Assembly: GCA_037142615.1 (NCBI GenBank)
Contig: JBAXAI010000041.1
Span: forward strand, 1 to 29,620
DNA from: Spirochaetales bacterium
Lineage (GTDB): Bacteria; Spirochaetota; Spirochaetia; JABEVK01
Reading direction: 5' to 3'
DNA length: 29,620 bases
Of this stretch, positions 7,809 through 15,219 are shown one piece after another (within the stretch, counting starts at the first letter, position 1; the number at the start of each line of letters is the position of its first letter). Below the pieces are notes generated by a model, which was given only the letters and a program-made list of their open reading frames with translations, ran no database searches and was not told the DNA's origin. Made by a program: the position numbers and the translations under genes.

Positions 7809-8600
7809 ATGATCTCCTCTCCCACCTTCGACCAGTTGCTTGCCGAGCCCCATCAAACTCCCGCTGACTGGCTCGCCGCCCAGCCGCATTGGGACTCTAC
7901 TTTCGGATCGATGGCCGTGGTGCTGACCCAACCGAGCTCCACGCTGATCGTGTTCGCTTTTGGCCTGCTCACGATTGTCCTTGGGACGCGCCTGTGGGCT
8001 CGATCGCCTCGGGTTGCCGCCGCTCGCTGGTGGGGTACTGGCCTCATCCTTTGGGGAGCGGGAGCCTTGTCGGCCGGGGTCAGCTATCAAGCGCTGGGCT
8101 TCTGTTTGCGCGGGCAGGGGCGCGACTTCATGGCCCTCACCGACGGGTTCCAGATCGCCTACCTCGCGCTTTCGGCGGCCAGCATCGCGGCCTTGGGCGT
8201 CGCTGTGGCTTTGCGGTCGCACACGGGACGCGGCCAAACTTGGCTCCGCAGTGCGGTCGCACTGCTGTTGGGGATCTACTGGTTTGTCCTGCAGAGTGGG
8301 GTGACCACCGCTGACCGCTTCGCCCTTTCATTCGAAGCCATGGTCCTGATCACGACTCCGAGCTTTCTGATCTACTTTGCCGTTGCAGCGGTCCGTTGGC
8401 GCAAGACTGGCTTGGCTCAAGAGGCGAGATTGGCGTGGGTTTGGGTCGGCCTGGGGCTCACGTTCGCGCTCTACGGACTCGCCGCCGCTTTCGGCCTCGG
8501 CGCGTTCCTGTGGACCTACGGCGTCTGGTTCACCGAAAATGACGTTCTGCACCTGGCACTGGCTGTGTGGATGCTCGCGCTGTACCGGGTCGTCCGGTGA
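7809..8600 (+). CDS. Multi-pass membrane protein of unknown function
   Basis: About 7 hydrophobic helices and a WFTENDVLH stretch near the C-terminus. The stop overlaps the next gene (GTGA). Confidence 0.75.
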   Translation: MISSPTFDQLLAEPHQTPADWLAAQPHWDSTFGSMAVVLTQPSSTLIVFAFGLLTIVLGTRLWARSPRVAAARWWGTGLILWGAGALSAGVSYQALGFCLRGQGRDFMALTDGFQIAYLALSAASIAALGVAVALRSHTGRGQTWLRSAVALLLGIYWFVLQSGVTTADRFALSFEAMVLITTPSFLIYFAVAAVRWRKTGLAQEARLAWVWVGLGLTFALYGLAAAFGLGAFLWTYGVWFTENDVLHLALAVWMLALYRVVR

Positions 8601-9841
8601 ACCTCGAACTCCTGTCGCCCGCCGGCAATCCCGAGAAACTCCGCGTCGCGCTGGAATACGGCGCCGATGCCGTGTACGCCGGAGCGCCTTCGTTCTCGCT
8701 GCGCAAAGCCAGTGAGAACTTCACGCCCGACGAGTTCGCCGAGGCGCTCGCGTACGCCCACCAGCGGGGCAAAAAGGTCTACCTCGCGGCCAACATCTTC
8801 TTCCACAACGAGGACTTGCAGCCCTTTGAGAACTACCTTCGCGAGGCCGTACCGCTGGGGTTCGACGGCATTATCCTCAGCGACCTGGGTGCCATCGACC
8901 ACGTGCGCGAGCACTACCCCGAGCTCGACGTGCACGTGAGCACGCAGGCCAACACCACCAACAAGGCCACGGCCCGGCTCTACCAGAAGCTGGGCGTCAA
9001 GCGGATCGTTCTGGCCCGCGAACTCACGTTGCCTGAGATCCGCGAGATCCGCGACGCCGTCGACCTTGAGCTCGAAGCCTTCGTTCACGGGTCGATGTGC
9101 ATCGCGTACTCGGGGCGCTGCCTGCTGTCGAACTACTTTTCGCACCAGGCGGGGGGTCCGCTGCGCGACGCCAACCGGGGCGAGTGCACGCAGGTGTGCC
9201 GCTGGGAATACGCCCTCACGGAAAAGACCCGCCCAGGCGAGTACCTGCCGGTGGAACAGGACGACTACGGCACGGCCGTGATGAGCTCTCGCGACCTCAA
9301 CTTGGCGCCCCACCTCGGCGACCTGCTTGCGGCCGGGGTGACTTCGTTCAAGATCGAGGGCCGAATGAAAAGCAGTTGGTACGCCGCGGTGACCGCCCGG
9401 GTGTACCGCCACGCTTTGGACCGGGCCGCGCGAGGTCTGTCCCCCGATCCTGTGGTGCTGGCCGAGCTGAACGCCTTTAGCCACCGCGAGTATTCGACCG
9501 GGTTTTACTACCAACCGGGACGCGGCCCGCAAACCACCGAAGCCCTCGCCGCCGATGCCAACCGGGTGAGCCGTCAGGAAAGACTACTTATCGCGGTGGT
9601 CGAGGAAGTCCGGGACAACGGGCTGGGCGGTAGCGTGGTGGTGGCCAAGGCGATGAACCCCGTTCGCGTCGGAACCACCCTGACCACGATGACGCCGGGC
9701 GGTGCCGACGGCGAGCTGCGCGATTTCACGCTGAGCGTCGGGGGTGAGGCCCGCGAATTGGTGCGGCCTACCGAGCGGTTTGAGCTGGAGGCCGAATCAG
9801 GCGCCAGTGGACTGAAGCCGTCGTCGTTCTTGCTTCAGTAG
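8597..9841 (+). CDS. Peptidase U32 family protein (TrhP/YegQ-like, probable tRNA hydroxylation)
   Basis: ELLSPAGN, GADAVY, HVSTQAN, LAREL, FVHGSMCIAYSGRCLLS, NRGECTQVCR (Fe-S Cys residues), SFKIEGRMKS. Confidence 0.9.
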   Translation: MNLELLSPAGNPEKLRVALEYGADAVYAGAPSFSLRKASENFTPDEFAEALAYAHQRGKKVYLAANIFFHNEDLQPFENYLREAVPLGFDGIILSDLGAIDHVREHYPELDVHVSTQANTTNKATARLYQKLGVKRIVLARELTLPEIREIRDAVDLELEAFVHGSMCIAYSGRCLLSNYFSHQAGGPLRDANRGECTQVCRWEYALTEKTRPGEYLPVEQDDYGTAVMSSRDLNLAPHLGDLLAAGVTSFKIEGRMKSSWYAAVTARVYRHALDRAARGLSPDPVVLAELNAFSHREYSTGFYYQPGRGPQTTEALAADANRVSRQERLLIAVVEEVRDNGLGGSVVVAKAMNPVRVGTTLTTMTPGGADGELRDFTLSVGGEARELVRPTERFELEAESGASGLKPSSFLLQ

Positions 9842-9859
9842 CTTACAAACCTCAGCCCA

Positions 9860-11200
9860 CTACCGCCGCGGCTGCCCACGCCCACCGAACGAACCGGGCC
9901 GAGCGTTGCCTGAAGGTCGCGGGCCCGACGGCCGTGCCGAACCGGCGGGAGCAGGCTTGTGGCCTGTGCCGCTGTGGGAACTCGGGGCCCGCTGCGAACC
10001 CGAAGGTCGTCCGCCACCGCCGCCCGAGCGGGAGTTGCGCAAAATGGGCTCAGCCTTGATGCGTGGGTCCGGCGCAAAGCCGGCGACAATCTGCCGGGGA
10101 AGGTCTTTCTTCATCAGACGCTCGATGCCGCGCAGCAGGTGGTCTTCATCGACGCACACCAGCGCGATGGCGTCGCCTTCCTGACCGTTGCGGCCCGTGC
10201 GGCCCGTGCGGTGCACAAAGTCTTCCGCCACATAGGGAAGCTCGAAGTTCACCACGTGAGGCAGGTCGATAATGTCGAGCCCGCGCGCCGCGATGTCGGT
10301 GGCCACCAAAATGCGGATCTTGCCGCTCTTGAAGTCACCCAAGGCCTGCACCCGTTTGGGCTGGCTCTTGTTGCCGTGGATGGCCATGGCCGTGATGCCT
10401 TCGTTGCACAGCGCCTCGGCCACCTTGTTGGCCATGTGCTTGGTGCGCGTGAACACCAACGCTTGGCGCAAGTTCTGCACCCGCGCCAAATGGATGAGCA
10501 GCGCCAGCTTCTTTTCGCGGTCCACGGGATGCACCACGTGGGTGATGAGCTCGACGCCCGAGTTACGCGGCGCCACGTCGATGCTGGCGGGGTCGCGCAG
10601 AAGGCTTTCGGCCAGGGTGCGAATCTCGTCGTTGTAGGTCGCGCTGAACATCAGGTTCTGGCGGCGGGTGGGCAGCAGCGCGATCACCTTGCGGATGTCG
10701 CGGATAAAGCCCATGTCGAGCATCCGGTCGGCTTCGTCGAGGATGAGGAACTCCACGTTCTTCAGGTCGAGGTGCTGCTGAATGTCGGGGTCGAGGAAGC
10801 GTCCGGGCGTGGCCACGATGATGTCGACGCCGCTCTTGAGGGTGCGCACCTGCGCGTTCACGTTGACACCGCCAAAAATCGTCATCGACTTGAAGTGCAC
10901 GTTGGCACCGTAGTGGCGGATGCTTTCTTCGACCTGGAGCGCGAGCTCGCGGGTGGGTGTGAGCACCAGCGCGCGGATCACGGGCTTCGCTGGGTTGCGC
11001 ATCATGCCGCGCAGCCGCTGCAGCAGGGGGAGGGTGAAGGCTGCGGTCTTGCCGGTGCCTGTCTGGGAGCCGCCCAGCACATCGCGCCCGGCGAGGATCA
11101 CGGGAATGGCTTGCAACTGGATGGAAGTGGGGGTGTCGTAGCCTTTGTCCGCGACGGCTTTCAAAAGCTCGGGGATCAGGCCTAAAGATTCAAATGTCAT
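9860..11200 (-). CDS. rhlE: DEAD-box ATP-dependent RNA helicase, RhlE-like
   Basis: Q motif (GYDTPTSIQ), SQTGTGKT, PTRELA, TPGR, DEAD, SAT, ARGLD, HRTGRTGR, and a G/R/S/P-rich tail. Confidence 0.9.
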   Translation of the reverse strand: MTFESLGLIPELLKAVADKGYDTPTSIQLQAIPVILAGRDVLGGSQTGTGKTAAFTLPLLQRLRGMMRNPAKPVIRALVLTPTRELALQVEESIRHYGANVHFKSMTIFGGVNVNAQVRTLKSGVDIIVATPGRFLDPDIQQHLDLKNVEFLILDEADRMLDMGFIRDIRKVIALLPTRRQNLMFSATYNDEIRTLAESLLRDPASIDVAPRNSGVELITHVVHPVDREKKLALLIHLARVQNLRQALVFTRTKHMANKVAEALCNEGITAMAIHGNKSQPKRVQALGDFKSGKIRILVATDIAARGLDIIDLPHVVNFELPYVAEDFVHRTGRTGRNGQEGDAIALVCVDEDHLLRGIERLMKKDLPRQIVAGFAPDPRIKAEPILRNSRSGGGGGRPSGSQRAPSSHSGTGHKPAPAGSARPSGPRPSGNARPGSFGGRGQPRR

Positions 11201-11208
11201 TGGCCGGG

Positions 11209-11217
11209 ACTATAGCA
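11209..11217 (-). promoter_or_regulatory. Extended -10 promoter of the helicase gene (likely leaderless)
   Basis: Minus strand TGcTATAGT lies 8 nt before ATG 11200, with no Shine-Dalgarno. Confidence 0.55.
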
Positions 11218-11251
11218 GACTTTGGGCCCCGTGTCGCCGGGGGGGTAAGGG

Positions 11252-12136
11252 CTACAAGTCCTTCAGGGCCAGTCCAGTCAGCCGCAGGATCGTTTCTTGC
11301 GACATTCCTTCATCCTTCATTTTGCGAGCGATGGAAAGCTCTATTGCACGCCCCTCGGAACGTCCCTGCTCAAGACCCTCCTCACGACCCTGCGCACGAC
11401 CTTGCGCACGACCCTGCTCAATACCCTGCTCAATACCCTGCGCACGACCTTCGTCTTGCGCTATCCGCTTTAAGGTCGCGATGTCGTGTTCATACATCGA
11501 TTGTTGGATTTCGCGCACAACATCAGGTGTCAGCGACATATAGGCCTCCATGCGGTCCCGCGCCGCCTTCAGAGCGGCGGCAACCGTGGTTCCCCGGTAC
11601 AGACGCTTGTTGCGGGGTTCTTCCAAGAATTTGCCCCAAATCTCGGCGGGATTCAAGTCCCTGGGACTCCTGCCGACAAACTTGGGCAGCTCAACGTGAA
11701 AGATCACTTCGTGGTCCGTCCCGGGGAGTCGGAACTCATGGATCGCTGTCCCCTCTTCCCGAATCTCATACTCCAGAAAGTTGATCACGACCACGGGGCG
11801 CAAACTTTGGTAGTCCTCTCCCTTCGGCAGTTGGCGTCCGTAGAGCCTGGCCCAGTAGAACAGACTTCGCTCAAGGAACGCGGGTTTGCGGCTGGTCTGG
11901 ATTTCGACGTTGACCTTACGACCGGATTCGTCCTGTACCAGCACATCGAGGACAGTTCGCTTTTCGCCAATTGACTCAGGTCCGAGGTCGGGATTGAGCA
12001 GTTCCAGTGTGGTGGCCGTCGGGAGCCTCGCGAGCTCCAGGTACGCGTTGATCAGACTCTTCAGAATAGGAAGACCACCGGGTTCGCCGAAAACGTGGCG
12101 GAATACGCGGTCATGGGTCATGGGGGAAAATGGCAT
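11252..12136 (-). CDS. Rpn family recombination-promoting nuclease / PD-(D/E)XK putative transposase
   Basis: GGAGG RBS before ATG 12136. DRVFRHVFG, LDVLVQD...VNVEIQ, RSLFYWARLY, DYQSLRPVVVINFL, VELPKF, and EG-type repeats followed by IARKMKDEGMS...TGL. Confidence 0.88.
   Translation of the reverse strand: MPFSPMTHDRVFRHVFGEPGGLPILKSLINAYLELARLPTATTLELLNPDLGPESIGEKRTVLDVLVQDESGRKVNVEIQTSRKPAFLERSLFYWARLYGRQLPKGEDYQSLRPVVVINFLEYEIREEGTAIHEFRLPGTDHEVIFHVELPKFVGRSPRDLNPAEIWGKFLEEPRNKRLYRGTTVAAALKAARDRMEAYMSLTPDVVREIQQSMYEHDIATLKRIAQDEGRAQGIEQGIEQGRAQGRAQGREEGLEQGRSEGRAIELSIARKMKDEGMSQETILRLTGLALKDL
11345..11452 (-). repeat. About 9 degenerate 12-bp tandem repeats encoding (E/Q)G(R/I/L)(A/E/S) units
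   Basis: EGRA QGIE QGIE QGRA QGRA QGRE EGLE QGRS EGRA. DNA units such as accctgctcaat and accctgcgcacg on the + strand. Confidence 0.85.
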
Positions 12137-12352
12137 AGAAACCTCCATCTTCCCTAACAACGGTGGAGTGGGTTTTGCTTGGGACTTGCGCCCGAAAGAT
12201 CGACTACTTCGGGGCAGGTCTCCTCCACGATTGGAACCACCCGGATTGGCGGAACCCTGGCTTCTGAGCCCGGCCCTCGTCTGGTGTTTCTGTTCCGAGG
12301 TAGGAAGGGGGGCGACTTTCTCACGCCTGCTCGCGTTGCCGAAATCCCCGGT

Positions 12353-12381
12353 TTGACTCCGCACCGCCCACCTACTACACT
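12353..12381 (+). promoter_or_regulatory. sigma70-type promoter of the carbonic anhydrase gene
   Basis: TTGACT, 17 nt, TACACT, followed by GAGGTG RBS and ATG 12400. Confidence 0.65.
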
Positions 12382-12399
12382 GGTGTGCGAGGTGACGCC

Positions 12400-13599
12400 A
12401 TGAAGTTGACTGTCCGGAGCGCATTTGCCCAAGCTGCTATTCTCGCCCTGCTGACACTTGGTTCGGCCTCGCTTAGCGCCGAAACCGCCTTTGTTGGCTA
12501 CGTCACCTACAGCCCCCAAGACGTCACCGCCGACCTCAAGGTGACCGGCGAAGACCTCAGCTACGTTGCCGGAGTCGGCAAGCTCCTCAAACAAGACGCG
12601 ACGTCGTTCCTTTCGCGCCTGAATCCGGACCACTGGATGGCTGTCACGCGCAAGGGCACGGGTTGGTTGCTCCAGATTCACGACGAGACCAACCAGTTCA
12701 ACTTCCGCGCCCAGCTGAGTCCCGGTGGCAGCCTGAGCGTGCAAAAGGGCGTTGACTGGGCCGGTATGGGCAAGCTCGACGACGCCAACCACGCCGTGCA
12801 GCTCGCTGTCGGCTACCTGCAGCGGGTTCGCACCGACCGCACCGTGTTCCTTTCCAAGGCGGCCTTTGCCAGCGAGCCTCTGGCCGTCGAAAAAACCACC
12901 ACGACCGAAAAGACCACGACCACCGAAAAAACGGTCACGACCGAGAAGCCCGTTACCGCCGAAAAGCCGGTCATGGGCGAGAAAACTTCCAAGCCCATTG
13001 AGGTCACCGCCGAAGCCAAGGCCTCGCAGCCCGTGGGCGACGCCACCTGGCAGAAGCTCGTCGAAGGCAACCTGCGCTTTGTCGGCGGCACCGTGACCCA
13101 TCCCAACCAGACCATGGCGCGCATCGCCGAAACCGCCAAGGGCCAAAAACCCTTCGCTGTTGTGCTCACCTGTTCCGACTCCCGCGTGCCCCCCGAACTG
13201 TTGTTCGACCAAGGTTTCGGCGACCTGTTTGTGGTCCGCACGGCCGGCGAGGTCGTCACCGAGGTCGAGCTCGGCAGCATCGAGTACGCCATCGAACACC
13301 TGGGAGCGCAGTACATCGTTGTGCTGGGTCACAAAAAGTGCGGCGCCGTCGATGCCACCGTCAAGGGCGGCGAAATGCCCCCCAACATCGAGGCCATCGC
13401 CGAGCAGATCCGCCCCGCCGTCGAGGCCGCCCGCTTCTTCAAGGGTGACCTGCTCGACAACTCCATCCGCGAAAACGTGAAACTCGTGCTCAAGAAAGTC
13501 AAAGGCTCCGACATCTTGAGCGAGGCATTCAAGGCGGGCATGCTGAACTTCAAGGCCGCCTACTACGACATCGACACGGGCAAAGTGTCGGCGCTGTAG
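12400..13599 (+). CDS. Beta-class carbonic anhydrase with signal peptide, extra N-terminal domain and T/E/K-rich linker
   Basis: LVEGNLRF, GQKPFAVVLTCSDSRVPPELLFDQGFGDLFVVRTAG, GSIEYA, VLGHKKCGAV (Cys/His/Cys zinc ligands). The N-terminus ends in SLSA. Confidence 0.9.
   Translation: MKLTVRSAFAQAAILALLTLGSASLSAETAFVGYVTYSPQDVTADLKVTGEDLSYVAGVGKLLKQDATSFLSRLNPDHWMAVTRKGTGWLLQIHDETNQFNFRAQLSPGGSLSVQKGVDWAGMGKLDDANHAVQLAVGYLQRVRTDRTVFLSKAAFASEPLAVEKTTTTEKTTTTEKTVTTEKPVTAEKPVMGEKTSKPIEVTAEAKASQPVGDATWQKLVEGNLRFVGGTVTHPNQTMARIAETAKGQKPFAVVLTCSDSRVPPELLFDQGFGDLFVVRTAGEVVTEVELGSIEYAIEHLGAQYIVVLGHKKCGAVDATVKGGEMPPNIEAIAEQIRPAVEAARFFKGDLLDNSIRENVKLVLKKVKGSDILSEAFKAGMLNFKAAYYDIDTGKVSAL
12889..12984 (+). 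repeat. Five-plus degenerate 18-bp repeats (EKTTTT/EKPVTA linker)
   Basis: gaaaaaaccaccacgacc gaaaagaccacgaccacc gaaaaaacggtcacgacc gagaagcccgttaccgcc gaaaagccggtcatgggc gagaaa. Confidence 0.8.
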
Positions 13600-13608
13600 T
13601 CGCAGTTC

Positions 13609-14259
13609 ATGTACCAGCCACCAGCCTACGAAGTTACTGACGAAACGGTTTTGTTCGACCTCATCCGCAAGTACCCGCTGGGGACACTGGTCGCCAACGC
13701 GGGGGGCGAACTCGAGGCGAATCACCTGCCGTTTGTGGTCGTGCAGGACGGCGGCAAGCGGTACTTGCTGGCCCACGTCGCCCGGGCGAATCCCGACTGG
13801 CCCCAGTTCCACGATGGTGACAAGGTGCTGGTTCTTTTCCGCGGCGAGCAGGGCTACGTTTCGCCCAACTGGTACCCCAGCAAACAACAGTCTGAAGATC
13901 AGGTGCCCACGTGGAACTATCAGGTGGTCCACGTGCGAGGGCGCATCAGCGTTGTCGACACCCCGCGTTTTGTCCGTGGGGTCGTGGCGAGGCTCATCAC
14001 TCAAAACGAAGCAACCCAGCCTCACCCCTGGAAGCTGACCGACAGTTCACCCGATTTCGTGGCCGGGGAACTCCAAAAAATCGTCGGCCTCAAAGTCGAA
14101 ATCGAGAGCCTGGTGGGCAAGTTCAAACTCAGCCAGAACCGAAGCGACACCGATCTGCGAGGCGCCATCCACGGGCTGCGGGGCGTGGGCAAAGACGGAT
14201 TGGCCGGGGCGATGGAAAAGGCGATCGAGAAGGCCACCCATGCTCGACCACGCGCCTGA
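13609..14259 (+). CDS. FMN-binding negative transcriptional regulator (PaiB family)
   Basis: MYQPPAY, YPLGTLV, HVARANP, YVSPNWY, VPTWNYQVVHVRG, GKFKLSQNR. Confidence 0.9.
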   Translation: MYQPPAYEVTDETVLFDLIRKYPLGTLVANAGGELEANHLPFVVVQDGGKRYLLAHVARANPDWPQFHDGDKVLVLFRGEQGYVSPNWYPSKQQSEDQVPTWNYQVVHVRGRISVVDTPRFVRGVVARLITQNEATQPHPWKLTDSSPDFVAGELQKIVGLKVEIESLVGKFKLSQNRSDTDLRGAIHGLRGVGKDGLAGAMEKAIEKATHARPRA

Positions 14260-15160
14260 TCTGCTCGAAAAAGTCGACCACGGCCGACCGGACTACCCGG
14301 TGCAGTCGTACCTGGGGCTGTTTTCCGACGAGAACGTGCTGCATCTGCACTGGCACGACGAGCTGGAGCTCACTTGGGTCGATTCGGGCGAGGTGGTGTA
14401 CCAGGTCGACCTCGAGGAGTTCCGACTCGCTGCCGGGGACCTGCTGCTGATTACGCCGGGGGCACTGCACGAAGCCTCGGCGCCCACCGGGAAGAAGGCC
14501 GTGACCCGCACGCTGGTGTTTCACCCGTCGTTTGTCGTCAGCGCCCAACCCGACCGGGTGCAAGTGGCAGGCCTGAGCCCGCTGTTCGATGGCCGCTCGA
14601 CCTTTCCTCGCGTGATCGCGGCTCGCGACCCACGGCACGCCGAGCTGGCCAAGCTGTTCGACACCGCCATCCGCGCGCACCTCGACCCGTCGCCCGGCGG
14701 GGCCTTGCTGGTCAAGGGAGGCCTTTTGATGTTGCTGGCCGCCTTTTTGGCTGTGCGCGGCGCGGGCGAGCTTCCCCGCACGTCGCGTTGGATCGACGCC
14801 GGTCGTCTCAAGGCTGTCTACGCACATGTGTCGCAGCACTATGCTCAGGCCATCCGCCTCGAAGAGGTCGCGAAGTTGGCGAACCTGGGAGTGTCGAGTT
14901 TCTGCCGGCTGTTCAAGGCGCGCACCGGCGAGTCCTTTGTTTCGTGGCTGGTGGGTTTCCGGCTGCAACGGGCCCGCCAACTGCTCCGCCAGCCCGGTCT
15001 GACCTTGGTCGAGATTGCCGCCCAGACGGGGTTTGGCTCGGCAGCGTACTTCAGCCGCTGTTTCCGCGCCAAATATGGTGCGGCTCCCTCTGCCCAGCGT
15101 GACCGAAGCTTGTCTGATCTTGCCATCCGGACCTACACCGAGCAAAATCCTCCGGCTTGA
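14240..15160 (+). CDS. AraC family transcriptional regulator with N-terminal cupin domain
   Basis: LHWHDELEL...PGALH cupin. C-terminal HTH: LEEVAKLANL..SSFCRLFK, IAAQTGFGSAAYFSRCFRAKYGAAPS. Confidence 0.9.
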   Translation: MLDHAPDLLEKVDHGRPDYPVQSYLGLFSDENVLHLHWHDELELTWVDSGEVVYQVDLEEFRLAAGDLLLITPGALHEASAPTGKKAVTRTLVFHPSFVVSAQPDRVQVAGLSPLFDGRSTFPRVIAARDPRHAELAKLFDTAIRAHLDPSPGGALLVKGGLLMLLAAFLAVRGAGELPRTSRWIDAGRLKAVYAHVSQHYAQAIRLEEVAKLANLGVSSFCRLFKARTGESFVSWLVGFRLQRARQLLRQPGLTLVEIAAQTGFGSAAYFSRCFRAKYGAAPSAQRDRSLSDLAIRTYTEQNPPA

Positions 15161-15219
15161 CGGCGCGCCAAAACAGCCCTAGCGTGGAGCCATGGTCGGC
15201 TTTCCGGCCCGGAGGTTCC

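Noticed and set aside
12137-12350. Possible ncRNA or riboswitch in the Rpn-CA spacer (GCCCGAA...TTCGGGGC hairpin)
   Set aside because: Only one modest hairpin and no recognisable family motif; an Rfam search would be needed.
11252-12424. Rpn as an active IS transposase, and the 390-aa long start
   Set aside because: No terminal inverted repeats or target duplication seen. The upstream extension overlaps the CA promoter, and the SD supports ATG 12136.
11345-12984. Tandem repeats as a CRISPR array
   Set aside because: They are 12- and 18-bp in-frame coding repeats without spacers, and there are no cas genes.
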